64,000 bases of DNA from Felis catus (taxonomy: Eukaryota): the NCBI RefSeq assembly GCF_018350175.1, contig NC_058369.1:16494001-16558000 (forward strand), in the 5' to 3' direction. Shown here one piece after another: positions 1-30,407 of the stretch. The position numbers were made by a program, and so were the translations under genes. The notes beneath the pieces are model-generated. The model was not told where the DNA came from. It searched no databases and worked only from the letters and a program-made list of their open reading frames with translations. The first letter of the stretch is position 1, and each line of letters begins with the position of its first letter.

Positions 1-698
1 AGGCAGTGGGAAGCACGAGAGGCCAGTTGTCAGGAGTGAGGGGGTGCCTAGGCGATAGGTGGGAGCTTCCCCAGGGAGGGCTAGCAAGGGGGTGAGGACA
101 GGAGGACTGGGAACAGCAGCCAGCAGGCTGGCAGTTGGGCAGCATGTAAAAGTTATGCAAAATAACACGCCCACGAGCAGCCCCTCTTTGGGCGGAGCAG
201 TAGTGTTGCTCAACGGCCCCCCAGTGAAAGGGAGTGCTGGGGGGCATGGCATCTGGGGGCGCTCAGGGCCGCCAGGGTCAGGACAGGTCAGACATTCAGG
301 TTACAGGTGGGGAGCCCAGGCTGAACTCTCCAGTTACGTCTTTGAGGACGCGGGGTTCCAGGGAGGTCAGGTTGGAGCTGGAGGTGAGGTTGCTCTGTTC
401 ACCCCTCACTGGTCCTTAACCTGACTGCTGACCTCCACTGCTTCATGGAAACCTGGTCAGGCCCTCTGCTTCCTCTGGGACTTTAGCTGGATCATATGCC
501 TCCCCGTGCCTCAGTTTACCCTCTTCAAATGGGGAAAAGCGAGGCAGAATAGCCTCCTTAGTGCTTATACCTCAGAGGAGCAACCAGGGTTTCCTCTTCC
601 CTGCCTTTATTCCTAAGGCAGCTGACGGGGCAGGACTGAGGTGATGGGGAGAGTAGCACAGAGCCCAGGCGTGGGGGGAGGGGCTGGTAATCCCTGGA

Positions 699-836
699 GT
701 TGTCATGGCAACTGGGGAGCTGATGTGGAAGTGTGGGGTCCCCATGGAAACAAGGTCGGTTACTATGGGGACCCTGGAAGGAAATTCTCGGTTTCCATAG
801 TGATAGGACAAGGGGAAGGTTAAGCCCTAGGGGGCA
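699..836. promoter_or_regulatory. Cluster of four RFX X-box-like sites plus a CTCF-like core in NBEAL2 intron 1
   Basis: GTTGTCATGGCAAC 699-712, GTCCCCATGGAAAC 738-751, GTTACTATGGGGAC 759-772, GTTTCCATAGTGAT 791-804; GCCCTAGGGGGCA 824-836. Confidence 0.6.
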
Positions 837-3800
837 TTATGGAGACCAAAAGGTCCACCCCTTTCAAGACCCCATCCTCAGGTAAGGGGGAGAGCCTGGT
901 CCAGCCACCCGGGGAACTTGTAGCACTGTGCCTCAGTTGCCGTTGCCTCTGGCAAAGTCCCCATCTTCCCGCTTCTTTCTTTGACCTGAGGTCCTCCAAG
1001 TCTGACCTCCGGGCCCCATAGTGTAGCCAGAAGCCACCTTCGGCTTGACGTTGCCATCACCCTCCTGATGCTGAGCGGGAAGACCCCCAGGCCTGAAAGA
1101 GTTTATCCTGACCAGACCCCACCCCACCCTGTCCCATTTCTGCTTGCCTGTCCCTGGAAATGGGGTGCTCACTACCACCCAGGCAATTCTGACCAGGAGC
1201 GGTCACCCACTGTGGAGCTACAATCCTCTCTCCTTACCCTGTTCCTGGCTCTAACCTGGGGGCCACCAACAGACTCCCATTCTACCCACCTGGGACAGCC
1301 ACCCGTGAGACCTTGGTTCTGCTGGTGAGCCAAGGTCCGCCACTCGTTAGTCACTCACCGAGGTGTGTGGGGAGAACGTTAGTGCTGCTCTAGCGTGCCA
1401 AGGGCTTGGGAAGGCAGAGCCCCTGGATTTGGGGATGGAGCTCCCCGCTCGCCTTACCTGGTGCTGGTGGGTGTGGCTAGCGAGCCTTTTGGGGCAGCTG
1501 AAGCGTAAAGAGATTAATGTTGAGTAACAGCCTACTAAATGTGAGAACCGGGGCTGGACTCCAGAACCCGTGCCCTCAGCCCCTGACTGGCAGCCCCAGC
1601 CCCTGAATCACCAGACAGGGCTGGGTCTTGAAAAAGATGCTGGCTCTGGGGAGCATTCAGGCAGAGGAAGCATGGAGGGCAAAGCTGTTACAGACCCGTG
1701 GGCGTGGGGACAGAGAGTCATGCCTTGGGGCTGGGCCATCCAGGGGGTCCGGGGTGCTGTGACATGGGAGGAGGCCGTGCTGCCTAAACCTCGTGCCTAA
1801 AGCACTTGCCTAAACCTCGTGCTGGGTGGGTGACTGGCTGATCAGACAGTGGCGGCCACTCGTGCGTACCTGAGGCACACTGGACGCCAGACGCTGGTTA
1901 AGGAATTTTTGCGTATTGCGCCACTGTAAACTCCAAGAGAGGTGGTGATGGGGAGAGGGGTTTGAAGGCAGGTCTGGGCCCTGAGGTGACACCCAGGGCA
2001 AGCCAGGGCTGGTGTTGGGCTTGGGGCAGGGCAAGCAGGTCAAAGGGCAGCGCGGTGTCAAGGAGCTTGGTCGTCCCTGTCCCCTGGCAGACAGCCCCAC
2101 CCACCCATCCACGCCAAAGCTGCCTGCCCTCAGCCCTCCTGGGTTACCTCAGAGTTCTGGGGAAGTGGTAGTTCAGTGCCCACCCAGGGACTGTTTGGGC
2201 CCAAATAGCCCTTGGGGTCTCCCCACCCCTAGTACTGAGTGTCCTCAGGGCTGGCCGGGCATGGACTGGGGCTCCAGTGAGTCCCCCTCATCTGTCCCGG
2301 GTCCACTGACCTCCCCCTCCCCGCAGCTTGCTCGCCTGCAGCAGAGCCTCATTACCACTTACACGTGAGCCCCAGGGCCTGAGGAGGAGTGTGGGTGCTC
2401 GTGGGAGAGGTGGGGTTGGGCCCTGGCCCCTTCAAGTTAGGGACTGGACTGGCCCTGCCCAGCATTCCTGCTCTGAGCTGGGAAGGGAGGGAGGAGCCAG
2501 TGGAGGCAGAGTGTGGGAAGCCCAGGCACCACAGCCACCTCTTCCAGCTCTTGGAGCCCTTGGCATTCAACACTGCCACCGTGACTGTGAGCCCCGACCC
2601 CTGCAGGGACCCCTGTGCCCCCGAGCACCGCAGCCTCATGTCATGGGGCTCAGGTCAGAGGTGAGAGAGGCAGATACCCCTATCCTCCCTAGTCCTATGC
2701 TTTAGAGAGACCCCTTATGCTCCTTCCAGAGCCATGAAGGCTACCTTGATTGCCTCAGCCCTGAACCCAGCCCAGCCTGGACCTGCTGGACAGGCCCAAG
2801 GGTGTGGTTCTAGGGACGGAAAGCAGGAGTGTGCTGAGTTTGAGGGGCCCACCCAGGTTCTGGGAGGGTCAGTCCAGGTGATGGCCACGAAGAGGGTGGC
2901 AGGTTTCTGCTTAAGTACCAAAAGCCCAGGTCACAGATGGCAGCGGGGCATGGGGTGGATAGAGGCCTGGACTGGAGGATGTGATGCAGAGCGGACGGAG
3001 AGCCTGGAGAAGCAGGTGCGATTGGACTGGGGGCCTGGAATGCCAGGCTCAGTTGAGCCCTTATCCTTAGGTTGGGTGGGCGGGGTGGAGGTGGGGTGGG
3101 GTGGGGGAGGGGTGGTGGACGCGGTCAAACTTGGGTTTTCAGGGGCTTAGCAGAGCTACAGTGGGCAAAAGGGACTCAGATTTTAGGTGAGAGATGTCTG
3201 TGGCTTACCTGGGGGTGGTTTGGGGGGTAGAAGAGGAGAGGATGGTGTTGGGCCAGTTTTGAAGGTAGACCGGGATCTGTGGGGTCGCTGAGGCAGGGGC
3301 CACATGGTCAGCTTGGATGGGCTGGCCAGCAACCATGAGTGGCCCCGGCCTAAAACAAAGATCTGGCTTTCAACACCCTCTGAAGAGCAGCTGAAGCGGT
3401 TCTAGTGGGTGAGACATCCTCTCTGGAGCCCCCCTTTTCCCCCAACGCAATAGGAAATGTTCAGAAGAAGTGGTCAAAGAGCCTGGCCTGCTCTGGTGTC
3501 TCAGGGTTGGGCATTTTGGTGTCATTGCTGATTGGTGGAGAGAAGGGGTGTGGACAGAGGTAGGGGAGCAGGAAGGCTGCCAGTGGCAGCGGGTGGAGAG
3601 GTCACCGAAGGTAACTGACAGAGAAAAAGTCACGGTGGTGTGGGCCTGCACCTTGGTAGTCCCAGCCCCTCTCACAGTTGCCCAGGCCTCGGGTCTGTGA
3701 CAAATGCACAAGTAAGGTGCCCAGCCACAGGGTGAGGGTTTGCTCTGCCTAGGTTTCTTGTGCTCCTGGCCCATTCTGCTGAGGTCTAGCCCTTTCCCTG

Positions 3801-4419
3801 GGGTCCATTCAGTCCCTACCCTGTGGTCTGGGGTCTGCAGGCAGCAGAAATGAGCCATCCACCCGAGGTAGTTCCAGAAGTCCTTGGGTTGAGGTCCATG
3901 GCACCGGGGACACAGCACCTATGATGTGTCCCTGGCCCCTTCAGCCTTCTCCAGTCCAGTCCCTGCCCTACCCCTCTGCCCCTGGGAAAGAAAGCTGCCT
4001 TCTGGGCTCAGCTGGTTTGGGGGTGGAGCTGCAGATGTGGGAGGGAGGACTGGGTAGGAGGAGGAGCTCCAGGCCACCACCCATTCTGTGGCCTGGGAGG
4101 GGCATAGCGGTTAGAGCCAACTGGGGCTAGGCTAGGACCTACTCAACTGTGTCCCTGGGGTAGAGACCAGTAGGGCCAGGTGGGAAGTCCAGGACACAGG
4201 GAAGGGGGACAGGGCAAAGGTATGACTGAGTCCTCCATAATCCACATTGTACCCTGGGCCTGAAGTGTTGGATCCAGGTGAGGAAGCTCTGAGTGCCTTG
4301 AATGAAGGGCCCCTATAGCATCAGGGATCAGAACCTGTCCCTAGATAGGCCTGCCCTGACTCCCCAAGTCCAGACCTCATGCCAGTAAAACGAGTCCCTG
4401 GTCTCCAAGCCCCTCCCAG

Positions 4420-4683
4420 AGCAGGGTGACCACGCCCCTCTGCACTCCAGGCCCCGCCCCCATTGCTGGGCCAGGTCCCTCGCAGCTTCTCTTGCAGGGC
4501 CCTGGGTGCCCCGGGGGGGCCCCCCCCCACATCCCTGCGGTCTGCCGGGAGGAAGCGGCCCCCCTCCCCCACCGTGACTCTGCGCTTCCTGCCCCTGCCG
4601 GGGCGGGAGGGGACATTTCCCGTTCACACCAAAGTTTCCCTGGCGGCGCCCAGACTCGGGCTCAGCCGCTGCCCCTCTTGCCC
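4420..4683 (+). promoter_or_regulatory. Candidate internal TATA-less promoter of NBEAL2
   Basis: CCACGCCCC 4430-4438, GGCCCCGCCCC 4450-4460, ETS cores AGGAAGCG 4550-4557 and CGCTTCCT 4583-4590, kB-like GGGACATTTCCC 4610-4621, local CpG enrichment. Confidence 0.55.
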
Positions 4684-4713
4684 ATGGAGCCGGCTTTGGG
4701 GCCTGGGGTCCAG
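4684..4713 (+). CDS. NBEAL2: Candidate alternative first coding exon of NBEAL2 (MEPALGPGVQ)
   Basis: cccATGG start, 10 codons, then CAG|GTAACC donor; phase 0 matches the phase-0 acceptor at 5318; preceded by a GC-box/ETS-rich segment. Confidence 0.7.
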
Positions 4714-5317
4714 GTAACCAGCCAGGGAGGGCGTTAGGTTCCCAGGGCGAGGTAGGGCATTCTGCTCGTACTTGCGGGGAGTGTGCGTGTGCATGGGTCT
4801 GCCTGACCCATGGTGTACATGTAGCACCAGAGCCATAGTCAGGGAAGGTCTCCTGGAGGTAGTGGCGGCTGCTGAGCTGAGAGAAGGTGGAAGGCAGAGG
4901 CCAGCCCAAGGCTTTGGATCAGGGGTGGCTGGAGGGTGGAAGGCCTTCAGCCCCAGCACCAGTGTGGGCCATGGCCACATCCCAGGACGGTGCACACTTA
5001 AGCCCCACCCTCCCCTGCTTATGTCAGGCTTGCCTGAGTCCCCAGGAGTTAGGGAGGTGGGAGCAGAGACTGGGGATAGCAGACAGGGAGCCTGTGAGAG
5101 CTGTCAGTATGCGGGGTAGTCCTCCGATGCTGACCTTCCAACTTCCCATCCTCCTCCCCTCCCCGTCCCTCACTGTCTCCACCTGCACTGCCCTGACTCC
5201 GACCCGTCTACCCCACGTCTACCTCCATTCGTTGCTGTCTACACCCCCTTGTCCTTCCCATGTGCACTGAACCCTCTCTGTCTCCCACCGCTCTTCCCCC
5301 CACTCCCTGGCCTGCAG

Positions 5318-26352
<21,035 letters not shown>

Positions 26353-26718
26353 CAGCCGTCACGCAGGCTCCTCCCCCGGCGGGCCCCGCCCTTGGAGGCC
26401 CCGCCCAGGAGTCGGTGGGAACCCGGAGGAGGAGGAGACCAAGAGGCCGCGGCCGGGGGTCGGCCCGGCTCCGGGGGTGGGCGGGACCCCACCCCCGCCC
26501 AGCTCAGGGATTGGTGGGCGATTCACTCCAGGAAGTCCCGCCCCTCGCCGGCAGAGGGGCCGTCCGGAGTCTGGCACTGGCCTCAGCGGCAGCACAGCAC
26601 TTTTTTGCACAGTGTGGGGCGGGAGCCCAGGCTCCCCAGCCCCGCGTCCCGGCAGAGCACGGGGACCGGACTGTGGCCTTAATCTCTAAAGGCGGCCCCT
26701 CGCTCTCCCGGTCTCGGC

Positions 26719-26724
26719 AATAAA
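26719..26724 (+). terminator. NBEAL2 polyadenylation signal AATAAA
   Basis: First AATAAA after the stop (about 370 nt downstream), followed by a GT/T-rich stretch (GGTTTTGT). Confidence 0.85.
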
Positions 26725-27356
26725 CCTGGCCTGGTTTTGTAGCTGCTTCGCCTCCGAGTATGCATGCGCGCGGCGTCTCCGCCTGCCTAGGCCACCGTCC
26801 GGGCCTCGTGTCCCCCTGGCCCGTAAGCCCACCAGGGCGACTCGTTCCCTCCGCGTGGCCTCCGTTTCTCCAGCCGCGCCGTTCCGGTCCCTGTGGGCCT
26901 CCGCCACCGTTTCTCCCCTGCGGATGGCTCCCAGCTCTCAGCGCGCTCCCGCAACACCTCCGCACGTGTGCGCGTCCCTGCGCGGGGCGGGGCTAAGGGC
27001 GGCCACGCCCCCGCGCGCCCCCGCGCTCGGGCCTAGGCGGCTCCTCCGCGGGACCGCCCGCCTCGCGCCGGAGCTGGCCTCCCCAGGGTCTCCACGCAGC
27101 CGTCCTGGCTAGCCCATGGTAACCTGGCAGCGCGGAGCTCCGAGCCCCGCCAGCCCGAGTGGATCCCGGGAGCCTCCGAGGGACGGCCGCTCCAGGTCAG
27201 GAGAGGGGTGGGGACAGAGCCCCGGTCTCCCTGGACCAGTAGAACCGAGGGCTGCTTTTCTGTTCCCCCACCTCGAGGCCCGTGATCCTGCGGATGTCGC
27301 CAGTCGTGCCGGCGTCCGTGTGGGCATGTGCGGACGTATTTTGTGGTTTGGAGATG

Positions 27357-27358
27357 GC

Positions 27359-27412
<54 letters not shown>
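27357..27412. repeat. (GC)8(GT)20 alternating purine-pyrimidine microsatellite
   Basis: Directly visible. Confidence 0.95.
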
Positions 27413-27414
<2 letters not shown>

Positions 27415-28576
27415 AGGTGGGGATTGGGGAGAAGAAGCTCCAGCCCCGCAGCAGCGCGGGGCGGGGGGGGGGGGGGTCGGGCAGACACGGGCCTGGCTGT
27501 GGCTAGGCGCTCTAGTCACGGGCCCACCTGCCAACCAGGATCCGGGAAGGGCCCCTTATATGGTAAGCGACCCGGTTGTACAAGCCCCACATGTGGCAAG
27601 GGCCACCGCCGTCTCTATCCCAGACCCACTTGCACACTGGGTGGGGAAGTGAGTTTGGAGACAAGGCCGGATGTGGTGGTGGATGTCAGGGAGTTAGAGG
27701 GCCTTCCCCCAGGTTTCTTGTCCATGCCTTCCGGGCAACATCCCTCCTCAGCCCAGAGGAGGCTTCTCTTACCCAGACCTTAGGAAGCTGGTCCCAGCAG
27801 GATCCGCCCCGTGGTCTACATGGGTCCTGGGACTGAGTAGTCCTGGTCTTGAGGTTTCTAGCCTCAAAGGCCTCTCGATTCCCAGATGAGCAAGGACAAG
27901 GGGGCCTCTGAGCCCATATACTCTGCCCTTGCTGAACCCACCAAGGAACCTTCCTGTCCAGTTTCTGAGCAGGAAGTGAGGGCTAAATACCGATCCTGGA
28001 AAAGTGGGGCCACAGTCGCTCCAGGGAGCCCTGTTTTAGAGACTTAGGGTGTGGGGTTCCCAGGCTCATGCTGAGAAGTCTGGGGGAGATTCCCACTAAG
28101 CAGGCCTCTGGTCTGGCTCTGGCTGAGGTGGGGATGGGAGTTGCTCGTCCTCCAGTACCATCCCTGGACTCAGACCAGGGGGTTGCTAAGGTCTTTGAGA
28201 TAGGGAAGTTTCCAGCCTGCTCTCCTCCATCCTGAGCTGCCGGCTCCTCTAGCTTTGGCCAGTGGGGGCTTAGCTCTGTCAACCCCACCCCCATCTGACA
28301 CCGGCGGAAACTGGTCCAGGTTGGTGAGTGGGGAAGTGGAGGGGGCGGTGGTAACCAGCCCTGGGGTGAATCAGGATGCAGTGAGCCAAGAGAGGGGGAC
28401 AGAGGCTACCAGGGGACTCCTGACATCAGGCCTGAGGAATTTCTCCCGTCTCGCTACACATAGCCCCTTTTGGACTCCAAGAAGTGTCCCAGCTCCTTTG
28501 CCTAAGTGTTGGAATGACACTCCAACATCTTCTCCAAGAGATGCAGTCCATGGGAGCACTGCTAGCCAGCAGAGCC

Positions 28577-30133
28577 ATGCTTCACAACTCCAGCCACAGG
28601 GAAGGTAAGCTCCACGTGGGTAGGTAACTGTCAATCGAAGTTTGGGGGCACTGGGTAGGTGGGTAGGTCACGTACAAGTCCAGTTACAAGTTCTGGAGTC
28701 CCTGTACCTTGTGCCTTGCCTGCACCGGATTGTGGAAATAACTGGCCTCCAGGCAGAAGTGAGCAGCAGCATTTACTTGCCTTCCAGCTCAGCTTTATTT
28801 TCTACAAATCTACAAGGTCTCGTGTGCAGAAAAGCCCCCGTCGGGACCACCATGAATCCATTTGTTCTCCCGGACTTGGTGGGAGAGACAGGACACACAG
28901 TCTAATGCCCCAGTAGACAGAGGAAGTAGAACAGGAGCCAGGAAAGGGAGAGACTGGAAGAGATCAAGGAAGTCTTCCCCAAGTAGGCGGTACCTGCCAG
29001 TGTGTCAGATGGAGAGGGTACAACCACAAGAGCAGACGTCTGGAAACCTGGGAGAAGGGTACACCTGGGAAGGGCTAGGTGTCCAAGAGTGGCGAGCAGA
29101 GGGGAGGCTGCGAGAGATGGCCAACCAGCTCCTGATGCCATGCTATGAGTTTTTGACTCTATGTAGTAGGGACTGTTGTTTCAAACCTTTTGGGCAGCAA
29201 AGTCTAAGTGAGGCTACCCAGGGATCCTAGCCTTGATTCCTTGCCCTTGATCCTGTTTGTCCTTTCCTCTACAGATAAGACCTGGAGGGTACAGGGCAGG
29301 GACAGGGAAGAGGTATGGGGAGGGGGAGCCCTGGCCCCCAATACCTCCTCCCCATTCCCTCCTGAGCCTCCAGGGGCCTCAGGCAGCATTATCCCTGTCT
29401 ACTGTGCCCTCCTGGCCACTGTGGTCCTCGGTCTGCTCGCCTACGTGGCCTTCAAGTGGTAAGTAGTCTGGGCACTGCCCTGTGGCACACCCTCCCCAGC
29501 TGGACTCCCAGCTAGCTCCCTCTGTCTCAGTGAAGGCTGGAACAGGTTGGCGGGTCCCCCCTGCTCCCCACAGCTGGCGCTCCCATAAACAAAGACAGCA
29601 GTTGGCCAAAGCTCGGACTGCAGAGCTGGGGACCTTCGACAGGGACCAGAGGCACGGAGACAGTATTGTTTTCCTGGACAATCCTAGCGGTCAGGAGCCC
29701 TGCGCCCCCAGTCAGGGTGAGCCCCCTTTCCCAATCTACAGACTTTCACACCTGGCTGTGCCGTAGCACCGGCCCATCTGACCCTGTTGTGCCCCTCACG
29801 TCTCCCACCCTAGGGCCACATCCTGAGCTTGGCTGCCGCCTCTACCTTCACCTCCCTCAGCAGCAGCAGGAGGAAGTGGAGCGGCTCCTGGAAGTCTCAG
29901 ACGAACCTGACAAGGGCTGGCAGGGTCTGGCGGGCCGCCTGGGCTACCAGACTGATGCTGTGGAGGTCATGGCCCAGGACCAGGTGCCAGCCTACACCCT
30001 GCTGAGGGACTGGGCTGTCAAAGAAGGCAGCGGTGCCACTCTCGGGGTGCTAGAGGACGCCCTGGCTGCCATGGGCCGCGAAGACGTGGTCCGGGTTCTG
30101 CGCCCCCCAGCTGAGGGCTGCTCTGTGGTGTGA
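28577..30133 (+). CDS. NRADD: Neurotrophin receptor-associated death domain protein (NRADD/NRH2/PLAIDD), intact, about 224-229 aa
   Basis: Exons 28577-28619 (or 28604), 29275-29458, 29574-29716, 29814-30133; GT-AG with continuous phases. MLHNSS start; p75NTR-like TM IIPVYCALLATVVLGLLAYVAFKCW; juxtamembrane RSHKQRQQLAKAR; death domain LYLHLPQQQQEEVERLL...GWQGLAGRLGY...GREDVVRVL; C-terminal SVV PDZ-ligand; syntenic position between NBEAL2 and SETD2. Confidence 0.93.
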
Positions 30134-30401
30134 GCGGTGCCGGCACAGCCCGGCCGCTCAGGGAATCTGCTTCGGTGCTTTTCCTTTCTTGGGCTTCCTG
30201 GCACTGGTGGCCTCAGCCTGCCTTGCTCTGGGGGAACAGAGAAGATCCGGCCACCACTCAGCTCCCCTTGTCCGGCCTTCCTCCAGGACGGGGACCAGGA
30301 TGTGGGGGGGGGGGGTCAGCAGTGAGGGGTGGTCCTGCCCTCCTCCCTGCCCCACCTCCCCTCACTTAGCCTCAACTGGTTTTTCTATTTTTGTATCTCG
30401 T

Positions 30402-30407
30402 ATTAAA
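30402..30407 (+). terminator. Probable NRADD polyadenylation signal ATTAAA
   Basis: Variant hexamer about 270 nt after the stop, preceded by a U-rich tract with TGTA. Confidence 0.7.

Noticed and set aside
1781..1822. 16-bp direct repeat TGCCTAAACCTCGTGC (1781, 1807)
   Set aside because: Only two full copies; a local slippage duplication, like those at ~23904, ~59979 and ~60447
59..5270. Many 60-190 aa ORFs in NBEAL2 intron 1
   Set aside because: G/P/R-rich stop-poor frames expected in GC-rich DNA, with no recognisable domains
27033..27783. ORFs with VCVC/HTHT runs
   Set aside because: Translations of the (GC)(GT) microsatellite inside a CpG island
28753..28758. Possible 6-nt NRADD microexon (CCAG|GCAGAA|GTGAGC)
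   Set aside because: Weak pyrimidine tract and not needed, since the flanking exons already join in frame
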